The translations under genes were made by a program, and so were the position numbers. DNA of 64,000 nt. Source: Candidatus Heimdallarchaeum endolithica (GTDB taxonomy: Archaea > Asgardarchaeota > Heimdallarchaeia > Heimdallarchaeales > Heimdallarchaeaceae). The notes under the pieces were generated by a model. It worked only from the letters and a program-made list of their open reading frames with translations, was not told the DNA's origin and did not search any database. How positions within the stretch are numbered: position 1 is the stretch's first letter; each line of letters starts with the position of its first letter. This document shows positions 41,525 through 52,459 of the stretch, in pieces. The stretch spans positions 3,262,784-3,326,783 of the forward strand of contig CP084167.1 of the NCBI GenBank assembly GCA_021513715.1, in the 5' to 3' direction.

Positions 41525-42742
41525 TAGTACTTCCGAATTATCGTAAAAGTTATGGGTTGAAAGCCCGACAATAATAATATGAACAATTCTAACTTCAGCT
41601 TATTAAAATCGGTCAAAAGTTTTTTAGAAAAACGCTTTCAACCCACAAGAGAAGATAGGAAAACAAGTATAAAAGTTTGTCACTGGATAAGAAAGATGGA
41701 TTTTCCACACAAAGGACAGAGGAAAAGAGGAGAAACAAAAGAAGAGGTTAAGAAGACCGTCATGGGAGCAGTGGTGGAACAAACATCTATCGAGCAGTCA
41801 GCTGAACAATTTTCGACTAAAGACGGAGATACAATACGTTATCACTTGAACAAATTGGATATAAACGGCATATCAGAGGTTTTCATCTCTTCATTTCAGC
41901 AGTGTGGGGAACTATTGAAAAGAAAGAAGAAAATAAAGAGTCCATTAATACTAGCAGTAGACACGATGGACATACGATATTATGGGAAAAGAAGAGATGA
42001 GTATATTCACCAGTATAAAAATGAATGGTTTTATCGATATATCACGGTTTCAACAGTCAAATCACCTTATGGTGCTCTTCCTTTAGGTGCATTTCCCGTG
42101 TCAACTTTTGATTCTAAAGAGGGACTATTAGAATCGCTCTTCAACAAGTTTAGTCTTAAAAACAGGAACATAAAGGTGTTGTATGCAGATAGAGGTTTCT
42201 ATTCTGTTGAAGTAGTGAAACTACTACAAGCCTACACTATTCCTTTCGTCATTGGAGCGCGGAAAAATAAGAAGATTAGGTCATACCTGGAAAACTTTCC
42301 TAAAACAGGTAAAATAACTTCTGTTCCTTACACTATGAAAAGTGTGCAAGGTGAAACTACAGAAGTTATGTTGCATGCTTATTGGCTCCCAAAGCGGAAA
42401 GACTGGTTTGTTTGTATCAGTTGGCATATTTCTTCAGAGCAACAGATCTACGATTATTGTCATCGGTGGGGTATAGAGACGTCCTACCGTCTTCTCAAGA
42501 GCATTAGTGTTTCTACAACTACCAATAATGCCACCGTCAGGTTCTTGTATCTTTGTTTTTCTCTTCTCGTCCTCGCTTTATATGTTTGTTTTCGCTCTTC
42601 TGTTATCCCTCCTTTTTTCACTCCCCCGTCTAACAAACCTTTGTTGAAACGCTCAAGACCTGTTACGCTCTATTTCACCTTGAGGTGTTTACGCTCAAGT
42701 TTGTATGGAGGTGAGATAGTCTAAGTTATTGCGGAAGTACTA
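41525..42742 (+). mobile_element. ISH3-family (IS4-like DDE) insertion sequence, 1218 bp
   Basis: Terminal IRs TAGTACTTCCG / CGGAAGTACTA; 7-bp direct repeats AATTTTA at 41518-24 and 42743-49. Confidence 0.93.
41579..42724 (+). CDS. ISH3-family DDE transposase
   Basis: LAVDTMDIRYYG, YADRGFYS, YCHRWGIETSYR (YREK-like). Confidence 0.92.
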   Translation: MNNSNFSLLKSVKSFLEKRFQPTREDRKTSIKVCHWIRKMDFPHKGQRKRGETKEEVKKTVMGAVVEQTSIEQSAEQFSTKDGDTIRYHLNKLDINGISEVFISSFQQCGELLKRKKKIKSPLILAVDTMDIRYYGKRRDEYIHQYKNEWFYRYITVSTVKSPYGALPLGAFPVSTFDSKEGLLESLFNKFSLKNRNIKVLYADRGFYSVEVVKLLQAYTIPFVIGARKNKKIRSYLENFPKTGKITSVPYTMKSVQGETTEVMLHAYWLPKRKDWFVCISWHISSEQQIYDYCHRWGIETSYRLLKSISVSTTTNNATVRFLYLCFSLLVLALYVCFRSSVIPPFFTPPSNKPLLKRSRPVTLYFTLRCLRSSLYGGEIV

Positions 42743-44205
42743 AATTTTAATAGAAATAAATGAAAAAAGTTGGAAATTAAAAATTATAGTTCCTAGAAAA
42801 ATAATTAAACTCATTGAAATAAGTAATATCTGAACAGCAGATAGATTTCCCGCTTTCAAGAACTCTCTATTATTTATCCAGAATAGAGTTATTCCTAAAA
42901 TCATAAAAATAAAAGAAAAGATCTGTATAACAATTTCACTAATCTTTGATTTAGAAATTGCTTCAGAATATGTCTTATTGTTTATTTGTATATTCTGAAA
43001 AGTTGAAGAGTTTAATCTTGTTTGTAAAATAACTAGAATAAATGAAAGAACACCATTATCTAGCAATATCACTAATTTTGAAATATCCCATTGAAATAAA
43101 CTCTTCATTAATAAAATGGATGTTGTAAGTGATATTGTAAAAGATATAAAGGTAATCATGAATTGGATGAAAATCATTCTACTTTCTTGTGAACTAGATT
43201 TCGAACCCCTTGAATTAAAAAATAATATTGTATTTCTTATTTCACCTTCAGATTGTTTAATATAAATGTATGTTATCGCTCCGAATACTACAGATAACAA
43301 AAAAACAATTGAGATTGAAAGAAAAAGATGCTGATAAAAAAAATCCAAGAACGCATTATATTTGCGAAGAAAAATATCATTGAATTTTAATTTTGCAAGT
43401 ATTTCAGAAGCAGGATTATTGGAAATGTAGTTATAGAGAATTAGGAAACTCTTGATAATTTCACCAGTGTAATTTAAATATGCCTTCTTCACTTTTGCTG
43501 GTAAGTAGTTTAAATATTCTGATTTGTCAAATTTGAAGTATGAAAAAAAAGAAGAAGTCTCATTTGCAATAACACGCAGTAAAGACAAAATATTTGCCTT
43601 TTTTATAGTTTGAAAGAAGAAAGACTCTGTTAGTAAAAGATTAACTTTTTTTAAATTTTGATAAAAAAGATATTCTTTTGTTGTTGGAAAAAAAGAAGTA
43701 AATACAGATACATTTTCTGTTTTTTCTGGTGCAACATAAAGGGATACATTTTTTAGTTCAAGTTCATTATTCCAACTAATATTGACAACTGATAGATTAA
43801 TATTTATTCCATCTTTTAAAATTAACACAGGTGTAGAGAGATTAATATTATTGAATTTTCTTTCTAAGTTTTGATTTACAATTAATAAATTATAATCTGT
43901 AACAGGACTATTATCAATTTCTATTTGTATTATCTTTGATTGTACAATAGTTATAGTTACAGGTTCATAGCTAGAAAACCTATCATAATATGAATTATAT
44001 AAATCAATATAAGTTTCAAAAAACTGTGTAGCTTGTACTTCTAAATCAGATTCATTAGAAGAAAAAATTAAGTCTGACCACTTAGTATGGGAAGAGGATA
44101 AAAAAGTGTAAAATGAAAGAGAAGAAACAAAGAGAAGTGACAAAATAATAATAAATTCAACAACAATAATCTTTCGCTGACTCTTAATTATAATCTTCGT
44201 GAACC

Positions 44206-46947
44206 TCAATTCAATCTCTCCAAGTCTAGTTCTTTTCCAATAGTGTCATTAATAACTGGAATACTTTTTCTTAGTTTTAAATAACTAATCAAACCTACAA
44301 TACATGTGATAAATGAAATAATTAGTAGTTGCAAAGAAAAACTAACAAAACTATATGGAAATAAAGCTAAATTTACCTTTAAATAATTAAATGGTTGCAA
44401 CTCTAATGTAAATAGATAAGTAAAAAACCATCCTAAACTATTTCCTATTAATATCAAATAGTAAAAGAAAAGTAGCAAAGGCATTAATGAGATAAATATT
44501 CCTTTTTTGATTGAAACACCTCTAGCAAAGAATACGCTAAAATATCTTAATTGTTTTTGAGAGATTTCAATTGTATAACTAACTATTAAAATTAGTACTA
44601 CTAGGCTAAATAGAATTAAATACGCGATTGTTTGAGAAAAACGAGTTAACAAATAACTATAATCTCTTGGAATAAGGTGTGTAGAGTAATCAAGTATTTG
44701 TATGTCAAGATATTGTTCTTGGTTTATCCTCATTATCTCTTTTATTACCGTACTTTTATCTAAAGTTTCTTTTAAGGTTAATATGGAAACTGTATCTTCA
44801 AAAAAGTTCTGTTGATTAAATGCTTTGTCATTTACAAGCATGAATCTAGGATAATATGTTGAGTCATCTCCTTGAAAATAATAAAAACTTAACCAAGAAA
44901 ATAAAGGAATAGTGTCAACCACATCCGCAATTTCTTTTTTAGTCCAATCATCCCCTGTAAAATCATCATAGGTATAAAAAGCGAAAGTATCCCCTATTTC
45001 TTTTTCAATCTCCGAAGCTATGTCTTGTGATATTATTATTTTGTTTGTATTCTCATAAATTTCTGTTAAAGATTTGTTTACATTTTTAGACCCCTCGTAA
45101 TTTTCAGAAAATTTGTTTATTTTTACTAATTCCATGATTTTACTATTATTTATAGCAAAAATATCGATTTTTATATGCATGACATAAGTTCCAAGATCCG
45201 ATTTTACTATCGATTCTGCCTCGTGATACGAGATTTCTATCGAATTTGAAACAAAATTCTTTAATGAATGTTGAACCATTTCATTGTTTAAAGCCGGATA
45301 GACAATTGTTAGGTCACCTAAATCATTAAATTCCTTGTTCTTTAATTGATATTTATTATAGGAATCAATAATTGAGAGATAAGAGGATAAAATCAATATG
45401 AATATTATCAAAAGTTTTAACATTTTTTGATTTTTAACAATAATTTTCCTTGTAGCTTTTTTTGAATAAGTTATAACCTCCTCAATTTTGTTTAATACAT
45501 TTATGGTCTGTGTTCCTATCCAATAAATTCTCTTTTTAGAAATAAAGAAACTTATTGTTATAAAAAATAGGTAGAATAATCCCAATATCCAATAATTAAC
45601 ATATAATTCTATTCCAAACATAAATTCAAAAATGTAATAATAAAAAATGATGCTAATTGTTAAGGTTGGAATAAGTGATAATACAAGTTCCTTGAAAACA
45701 ACATATATCATTCGCCTTAATTTTTTTAAAATATATTCAGAGTTATTTTTTTTATAAATAAATTGCTTATTTTGTTCAACTTTTAAATTCCTTATTAAAA
45801 AAAGTATTTGCAAATTTATAATACAAAATTCAAAACCATATAAAGTTAAAGCAAAGCTTCTGAAAATCCATCTATAGTGCAGTAGGAAGGGATAAAAAAT
45901 CATAACATGAGATAGAGCTAAAATAGATACAACAAAATATGTGTAAAAAAAATTCTTTATTGATATCAATATTACTTCCTTGAAAAGTTTATATCTTTTT
46001 CCTCCTCTTAACCTAAACAATGCATATTTGTCTCTTTGTTTATTTATATAACTCTCTGAAGTAATTGAAATAAATAAAAACATTATCAGTGATGCTAATA
46101 TAAAAAGAAGACCTAGTTGTAAAAGTTCAACAATTGTATATAATTCTTTATTATATTCTAATTTCTTTTTGAGAGTGTAATAGAAATCATTTTTCTTTCC
46201 TTCTACTTGAAAATGAACTTTTATTTCACTCTCTATAGAGTTAATATACTTTAACATTTCATCCACTTTTTGTGAATAAAGAATTCTTCTACTGAACTTA
46301 AATAAAAAATAATCTGTAAATTGAAAATTTTCTATTTTTCCTCTAAAAATAGTATCAAAAGTTTTGTCTGTTATTAGTATATACTTGTTATCCATGTTAT
46401 TAAGAGGATAAGTTCTATAATCAATAATTGAGAGAAATTCTTTAGGAAAAATTGAATTTAAAAATGAATAACCTTTAATTGAGAGTGTGATATTAACAGA
46501 ACCTTTACTTTTATTGATAAAGGAAAAATTAAGCTCGTTCGAAATAGGTATTAAATTTCTTAGTGACCTATCCAAAAATACTTCTCCATTGTTTAAAGTA
46601 AAATTATAATATTTTTGATAAATCTCTTGCTCTGCAGAAATCACAGTTAATTTCAGAGATTTATTATTGTTAACTATAGTTGATGTTTTTAGAATTCCTA
46701 TGTGGGTGTACTCGTCTAAAGGAAAAAGTTCCATTATTGTTTGCTTTTGAAACTGTTCAGTATATAAAAAAGAATCCGATTCTTTTTTAATTACAAAATC
46801 AGGAAATGAGTTTTGAATAATAGTATCAACACTTTCATAATAGTTTGCTACTTCTCCTGTAAATATTGTAAAGTAGCAAATAGTAGAAAAAATAAGAGGA
46901 AATAAAAGAAGAAGTATACACTCTTTTTTTCCTTTTTTCAAGATCAA
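44206..46947 (-). CDS. Divergent FtsX-like ABC permease
   Basis: Two TM clusters with LFRLRGG and FFARG motifs; co-oriented with permease and ATPase. Confidence 0.75.
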   Translation of the reverse strand: MILKKGKKECILLLLFPLIFSTICYFTIFTGEVANYYESVDTIIQNSFPDFVIKKESDSFLYTEQFQKQTIMELFPLDEYTHIGILKTSTIVNNNKSLKLTVISAEQEIYQKYYNFTLNNGEVFLDRSLRNLIPISNELNFSFINKSKGSVNITLSIKGYSFLNSIFPKEFLSIIDYRTYPLNNMDNKYILITDKTFDTIFRGKIENFQFTDYFLFKFSRRILYSQKVDEMLKYINSIESEIKVHFQVEGKKNDFYYTLKKKLEYNKELYTIVELLQLGLLFILASLIMFLFISITSESYINKQRDKYALFRLRGGKRYKLFKEVILISIKNFFYTYFVVSILALSHVMIFYPFLLHYRWIFRSFALTLYGFEFCIINLQILFLIRNLKVEQNKQFIYKKNNSEYILKKLRRMIYVVFKELVLSLIPTLTISIIFYYYIFEFMFGIELYVNYWILGLFYLFFITISFFISKKRIYWIGTQTINVLNKIEEVITYSKKATRKIIVKNQKMLKLLIIFILILSSYLSIIDSYNKYQLKNKEFNDLGDLTIVYPALNNEMVQHSLKNFVSNSIEISYHEAESIVKSDLGTYVMHIKIDIFAINNSKIMELVKINKFSENYEGSKNVNKSLTEIYENTNKIIISQDIASEIEKEIGDTFAFYTYDDFTGDDWTKKEIADVVDTIPLFSWLSFYYFQGDDSTYYPRFMLVNDKAFNQQNFFEDTVSILTLKETLDKSTVIKEIMRINQEQYLDIQILDYSTHLIPRDYSYLLTRFSQTIAYLILFSLVVLILIVSYTIEISQKQLRYFSVFFARGVSIKKGIFISLMPLLLFFYYLILIGNSLGWFFTYLFTLELQPFNYLKVNLALFPYSFVSFSLQLLIISFITCIVGLISYLKLRKSIPVINDTIGKELDLERLN

Positions 46948-46991
46948 TGACTACACCTTTAGATTACTTTGTTTTTAACTGTTGCCTATTA

Positions 46992-47639
46992 TTATGTTAT
47001 ATTGCTGTAATAATATCTTAAACTGACATCAATAGAGAGATTGTTGCCATAATAATCCCAAGCCCATCCTTCATAAGGTACAGAACGTGAACACCCGTAA
47101 ATATCAAACGTTGCATATGTTCGATCATCTGGCCAACATACTAAAAAATATTCTTGAGTATACCAACCGTAATATTTCTCATAATCAAATTGCATATTTG
47201 AATATTCAACAGTTCTTGGGCCAGAATTTTTAATGTATAGTTCACCTTCAAATAATAAGTCGTCTGCGCCTGGATCAGCATCCCATACCTCTATGAATAA
47301 GCTATCTCCTTCAAAATATTTATACAATTTTTTACTTATACCAATGTTTTCATATGTACCTTCATTTTTATCACCAAAGTATTTTTCGTAGACTGTTATT
47401 CCAGCACTATTAATTATCTTAAACCAGATTTCTCCCTCCCCATTATCTCCCGTTTCTTCTAGCGTAAGTGTGTTGAAAGTTATCTCAACATCTACAACAA
47501 TTGTAGATGAATTCACAAACACATTGTTTAATAGGCCTAATATTACTATTATTACAAACGTGATTCTTTTTTTCATTAAAGTATCACCTAATTTCAAAAA
47601 AAAACGTTTATTTAAACATTTGTATTTCGTCATTAACAA
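46992..47639 (-). CDS. Secreted protein with C2-domain-like Ca-binding motif
   Basis: Signal peptide from MKKRITF; ETGDNGEGEIWFKI and LFIEVWDADPGADDLL. Confidence 0.6.
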   Translation of the reverse strand: MLMTKYKCLNKRFFLKLGDTLMKKRITFVIIVILGLLNNVFVNSSTIVVDVEITFNTLTLEETGDNGEGEIWFKIINSAGITVYEKYFGDKNEGTYENIGISKKLYKYFEGDSLFIEVWDADPGADDLLFEGELYIKNSGPRTVEYSNMQFDYEKYYGWYTQEYFLVCWPDDRTYATFDIYGCSRSVPYEGWAWDYYGNNLSIDVSLRYYYSNIT

Positions 47640-47647
47640 CTATTCTC

Positions 47648-48568
47648 TTATTTAAAAATCTTTTTTATATTATTTACTGATTTACATGCAATTAGTTCTC
47701 TTCTTATTTCTCTTCCTCCAGACTTATTTTTGGTTAAATCTAAAGCAAATCTTTTTATTAGTTCTAAGTCGGTTGTTATTTCATTGCAATCTTTGTACAT
47801 CCTAATTGTATATTCTATAAATTTATCTAACAATTCTACTTTTTCTTCCCAAGAAGCATTTTCTTTTCCCATAAAAATATAAGGTCTTCCTTTAGCCCAT
47901 CTCCCTATTGCTACAGCATAAGCTCCTCTTTTCATATACTCTTCTATGTCTTCAAAAGAGAAAACATCACCATTTGCAATTATTGGCAAATCTGTGTTAT
48001 TGGATATTTCATTTATTACTTCTAGATGTGCAGGAGTTGCAAAAGTTTCTGTTCCATATCTAGTATGAATAATAATCCAAGGATTACTGTATTCTTCAGC
48101 TATCTTGACTATTTCAGGTAAAACATTTCTATTCCATCCTATTCTAACTTTGAGCGTTATTGGCAAATTAGTTCCTTTTGAAAGACTGTTTACTAATTTT
48201 TCTACTAATTCAGGATGTCTTAGGAGTGCAGCTCCCATGTTTTGTTGGCTAATTTTCTTTTTAGAACAGCCTAAATTAATGTTGATGAACTTGAATTTAG
48301 TTTTATCTTCGATTTCTGAACCAACTTGTTCAAATTCTTTAGGCTCATCACCAAAAATTTGTATTCCTACGTTTTTTTCTTTTGAATCTGTATAAATCAA
48401 TCTATATGTATTAAGGTTAAATTTCTTGCTGAAATGTGCAAGAAAAGATTTTATACTTACCATTTCTGTAATTGTTATATTTGCGCCGTACTCAGTAGCT
48501 ATTACCCTGAAAGGATATCGTGTATACTTAAAAAGAGGAGAAAGAATCAATGATCCCTTTTTAATCAT
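47648..48568 (-). CDS. tRNA-dihydrouridine synthase family protein
   Basis: TEMVS, IQIFG, ININLGC, GAALL, TLKVRIG, IHTR, IANGD. Confidence 0.88.
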   Translation of the reverse strand: MIKKGSLILSPLFKYTRYPFRVIATEYGANITITEMVSIKSFLAHFSKKFNLNTYRLIYTDSKEKNVGIQIFGDEPKEFEQVGSEIEDKTKFKFININLGCSKKKISQQNMGAALLRHPELVEKLVNSLSKGTNLPITLKVRIGWNRNVLPEIVKIAEEYSNPWIIIHTRYGTETFATPAHLEVINEISNNTDLPIIANGDVFSFEDIEEYMKRGAYAVAIGRWAKGRPYIFMGKENASWEEKVELLDKFIEYTIRMYKDCNEITTDLELIKRFALDLTKNKSGGREIRRELIACKSVNNIKKIFK

Positions 48569-48586
48569 TGATTAACCATCCTTTTA

Positions 48587-49951
48587 TTATTTTCCGCCGC
48601 TAACTTTGAGATTTTCAATCAACATCCAAGGAGCGATGTGTCCTTTTCTATTTTCAGTTTCTTTTGAGAAATAAGTTATACTGTTAAGTAATTCATAGAT
48701 ATTTCCGCCAATTACTGCGTTTTTAACAGGGTGGACAATTTCTCCATCTTTTACATAAAATCCTTGATTTATTTGAGAAGAAATTGTTGGACTATCTCCA
48801 CTTGGATGAATGCTTGAGCCTAGTAAGAAAATTCCCTCTTTCAGCTCTTCGAGGAGAGAATCTTTACTTGTCTCTCCTTCTTTTATTTGTAGTGCATAAA
48901 CAGAAGGAACTGGTCTTGAAGAGAAAGTTCCTCTTGATGCATGTCCTGTATTTTCTAATCCTACAAGAGGAGCAGTGTAAGAGTCTGTCACATATGTTTG
49001 CAATATTCCATCTTTGACAAGAACTGTTTTTTCTTTTGGAACTACTCCTTCATCATCAAATTTTGCAGAGTTTATTCCTCCAGGATAGAACGGGTCGTCA
49101 ATAATTGTTAGTTTTTCAGTTGCAATCTTATCTCCTATTTTGTCTATAAAGAAAGATGTTTTGTTAATAACATTAAATGCATTTACTCCTTGTGAAACTA
49201 TAGAACTTAGAGTTCCATAAGTACTTTCTGGGTCTAAAAATATAGGTAGTGTTTTGGTTTCTATTTTCTTTGCACCAAGCATTTTCTTTGCTCTTATTCC
49301 AGCTTCTTTACCTATTTTTATGTAATCAAATTGCTTAAGTGTATTAGAACTATCGTAGTAGTAAGCAACACCTATATCCTCTTCTTTTTCTATTTTTACA
49401 GAAAGATATCCTGAAATAGAAGTGGATTTGCACCATCTTTCAATTCCTTGAGAGTTTAAAATGATTCTCTCTAATTTGCCTAACCCGTAGTTTCCTCCGA
49501 TAATAACATCTTTTTCTATTTTTCCTTCTTCAACAGATTGAAGCATCAAATCTGTGAATTCTTCAACTGAAAGATTTTCTACAGCTTCATCGTATAAATC
49601 ATCAATGTCTGGTATTGGCCTGTCATCTGAAGGGAGAGATTGAAACTTAGGATCAGGTTGACTAATTTTTGATAAAGAAAAAGCGTTTTTAACAGTTTTT
49701 TCAATGTTTTCTTTTGTGAATATGGTTGTTGAACTCATACCAACAGCTTTGTTTTTGAATATCCTAACACCTATTCCAGAGCCAGAAGTTTCAGAAAATC
49801 GAGATATAGCTGTTTTTTCTAGTTGAACCGTTCTGCTAAAACCTTTCACTGCATATATCTCAATTTCTTCTGCTCCTAAATTAAGTCCATAATCAAGAGC
49901 ATGTTTTGCTAAATCAAAAAATTCGTTATCCATTTTATTTTCCTCCAACAA
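48587..49951 (-). CDS. pmbA: TldE/PmbA family protein
   Basis: FDDEG, LVKDGIL, NTGHA; no HExxxH; paired with tldD. Confidence 0.88.
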   Translation of the reverse strand: MLEENKMDNEFFDLAKHALDYGLNLGAEEIEIYAVKGFSRTVQLEKTAISRFSETSGSGIGVRIFKNKAVGMSSTTIFTKENIEKTVKNAFSLSKISQPDPKFQSLPSDDRPIPDIDDLYDEAVENLSVEEFTDLMLQSVEEGKIEKDVIIGGNYGLGKLERIILNSQGIERWCKSTSISGYLSVKIEKEEDIGVAYYYDSSNTLKQFDYIKIGKEAGIRAKKMLGAKKIETKTLPIFLDPESTYGTLSSIVSQGVNAFNVINKTSFFIDKIGDKIATEKLTIIDDPFYPGGINSAKFDDEGVVPKEKTVLVKDGILQTYVTDSYTAPLVGLENTGHASRGTFSSRPVPSVYALQIKEGETSKDSLLEELKEGIFLLGSSIHPSGDSPTISSQINQGFYVKDGEIVHPVKNAVIGGNIYELLNSITYFSKETENRKGHIAPWMLIENLKVSGGK

Positions 49952-51338
49952 CTAGGTTAGAAACACCAATATTAGGTCCTCCACCTGTTACAGGAACCCA
50001 CTGCCCTCCTTTTCCACAAGTACCAAGAAAAGCTGGCTTCCAATTTTTGCTTATTCCATATGCATTATTTAATACTTCTAAAGTCATTCCAGACATGCCT
50101 ACATTGCCAAAAAGTTCTCCAATCTCTCCATTTTCTATGATGTATCCATATTGACAAGTAAAGTAAAACTGACCTTTAGTTGGATGAACATATCCTCCAT
50201 ATGAATTCTTGAGGTATACCCCTTCTTTCGTCATCTCTGCTATTTCTTCTAAAGAAAGGTCTCCAGAATCGACATATGTATTTGCCATTCTAGGAATTGG
50301 TATAGAGTTAAAATCTTGAGCTCTTCCAGCTCCATTGGGTTTCATCTCCATCATTGTCGCTGTTTCTAATGTCTGGAAGTATTCTTTTAAGACACCTTTT
50401 TCCACAATTGTTCTTTTTTCTGATTTTGTTCCTTCTGAATCAAATACAAAAGAACCTCTTAGCTTTGGAATTGTGGGGTCATCATAAACACTTATTCCTT
50501 CAACACCTATTTTTTCACCTATTTTTCCTTCTAATACAGAGTTTTTAGCAAATACTCCATCAGCTTCAGCTGCATGACCAAAAGCTTCGTGAATAAATAC
50601 TCCCACCAAAGATTCATCCATAATGACATTCATTTTACCACTTGGAGGACTGCGAGTATCAAGTAACTTTTCTGCTTGTTCTGCACTTTTTCTTCCTTCT
50701 TCTTCAGGGTCCCAAGACTCGAGTAGTTCCCATCCTCCTGTTCCACCAATACTATCAAAAACACTTTGCATTTTTTCTCCTCGACGGGCTACAACATCTT
50801 TCATTAACCTTATAACATGATATTCGTTTTCGACGTTAGTTCCTTTATTATTTACTATATATTCTATTTTATGCATTTCTTGGTAAGTTGAAGAAGCTTG
50901 GGCTATATTGTCAGAAAACTCTCTAGCAGATTTTTCTATTATCTTTATTTTTTCAAGTTTTAGCTCCTTATCTAGTTCTCTAGGGTCAATCTTAATCTCT
51001 GTTGCTCCTTTTCCTTCAAAGACCCATTTATCTGAGATTCTACGTTCTTCTTTAGCGTATTTAGAAGCGATTCTTGCCATGCTGATGGCTTTTTTAACAC
51101 TTTTTAATATGTCTTCAGTTTCTAATGATACTGTTGTAGTAAATCCCCAAGCATTATCAACTAAAGCTCGAATGGCGATTCCTCCTGAGGTACGATTGGA
51201 GATAGTATCAAATCTACCATTACGTACTGAAAAAGTCTCACTTTCACTCTGGGCATATCTAATATCTAGAAAATCTTTGCTTGAAAGCTCAACTTTATTT
51301 ATTATTGTGCTTAATTTATCTAACATAATCATAGTCAA
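49935..51338 (-). CDS. tldD: TldD metalloprotease
   Basis: HEAFGHAAEAD, FDSEG, PRMANTY, CGKGGQWVPVTGGGP. Confidence 0.93.
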   Translation of the reverse strand: MTMIMLDKLSTIINKVELSSKDFLDIRYAQSESETFSVRNGRFDTISNRTSGGIAIRALVDNAWGFTTTVSLETEDILKSVKKAISMARIASKYAKEERRISDKWVFEGKGATEIKIDPRELDKELKLEKIKIIEKSAREFSDNIAQASSTYQEMHKIEYIVNNKGTNVENEYHVIRLMKDVVARRGEKMQSVFDSIGGTGGWELLESWDPEEEGRKSAEQAEKLLDTRSPPSGKMNVIMDESLVGVFIHEAFGHAAEADGVFAKNSVLEGKIGEKIGVEGISVYDDPTIPKLRGSFVFDSEGTKSEKRTIVEKGVLKEYFQTLETATMMEMKPNGAGRAQDFNSIPIPRMANTYVDSGDLSLEEIAEMTKEGVYLKNSYGGYVHPTKGQFYFTCQYGYIIENGEIGELFGNVGMSGMTLEVLNNAYGISKNWKPAFLGTCGKGGQWVPVTGGGPNIGVSNLVVGGK

Positions 51339-51481
51339 AGAAAAAAAAAGGATTAAAAATGTATTTATATCTCGATTTTGAAAATGTTTGAGTTTAATTC
51401 GTATTTAGCAATTATTTCTAAAAAAAGAATTTTTAGACTATCCAAAAAATAATAAAGAAAGAAGATTCTTATCAAATAGGA

Positions 51482-52333
51482 ATGATTCATTTAGTAGCTT
51501 TTCAGAATCTTGATAGTGGTATAGGCTATCCTATTTACAACGATGATACAATAAATGTCAGTTTAGAATTAATCTTTCCCATGATTAGTGCTTTGAACAA
51601 TTTTGTAGAAGAGTGTACAAAAGATGAACGAGGATTAGTTAACGCTGCTTTAGAAGATGTTAAGATTTTTTTGTATGCCCCTGAAGGAGAAGAAAACCCA
51701 CTGAGATATGTTTTTTTTACAGATATATTCGATGATAATCTCTATTTAAGTTATAAAGCTGTAGAAATACACAAACATCTTTCTCCTTATATAAAATATG
51801 ATTATTTTTCAATACCTGAGGAAAAAGCAAAGAAAATTACAGAAATTATCACCTTTACACATGAGTTTCCTAGAAAAGAATTATCCGATTTCTTTTTGAG
51901 TGAGATTGAGAATAAGATAAAGAGTTATGAGAAAAATAACGAAGTCTTCTTTGGAGATCTCTTTATTGGAGATTTGGACCAAGGGGTTGTTTTTTCTTTT
52001 TTTGAGAATGAAGAAATTAAAGAGAAACCAAGTAAAGAGTTATTTTCGGAATTAATTCAAACTTTCACCTTTCTTGAAAACGATTTATGGGCAAATTCTT
52101 CTATTAACGAAATAGAACGAAATAAGCTTTCTAAATATGTAGAAAACCCTGATATGTTCAGAGAAGGCTGGTTTTTTTCTCAACTTGCTAGTGATAATAA
52201 GAGCGATTTTTGGTTAGTAAGTTATTTTGTCTTCCGGACTGATGTGGAACAAGAAATAAAGGAGTTCTTATATTCTTTATCAGAAAAAGTTACTTCTATT
52301 ATTTCTCCTTTTGTGACCAAAAGGAAATTCTGA
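51482..52333 (+). CDS. Hypothetical protein with N-terminal longin-like domain
   Basis: IHLVAFQNLDSG..LIFPMISALNNFVEE..LEDVKIFLY..YVFFTD pattern resembles Asgard longin-like proteins. Confidence 0.5.
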   Translation: MIHLVAFQNLDSGIGYPIYNDDTINVSLELIFPMISALNNFVEECTKDERGLVNAALEDVKIFLYAPEGEENPLRYVFFTDIFDDNLYLSYKAVEIHKHLSPYIKYDYFSIPEEKAKKITEIITFTHEFPRKELSDFFLSEIENKIKSYEKNNEVFFGDLFIGDLDQGVVFSFFENEEIKEKPSKELFSELIQTFTFLENDLWANSSINEIERNKLSKYVENPDMFREGWFFSQLASDNKSDFWLVSYFVFRTDVEQEIKEFLYSLSEKVTSIISPFVTKRKF

Positions 52334-52459
52334 AAGAATTTTTTATTCTAATTCTTTTTTTGTTCAAAAATAAAATGCTGTAAAACAATTATCTTTATTA
52401 ATTCATATAATTAGAGTGAATTATAGAGATAAAGGCAATATTATTTTAAGTGAAGGATA

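Larger units (their letters stand above)
40336..44209 (-). pseudogene. FtsX-like ABC permease (~882 aa) interrupted by an IS
   Basis: Removing the IS and one AATTTTA copy joins ...SFISIKI to IGKVFSYF... in frame; multi-TM protein with FtsX-like NSRG/NIRG motifs. Confidence 0.85.

Noticed and set aside
41525-41616. N-terminus of ORF 40336-41616 as a real gene start
   Set aside because: Its first ~31 codons come from the IS; the rest is the 3' half of the interrupted permease.
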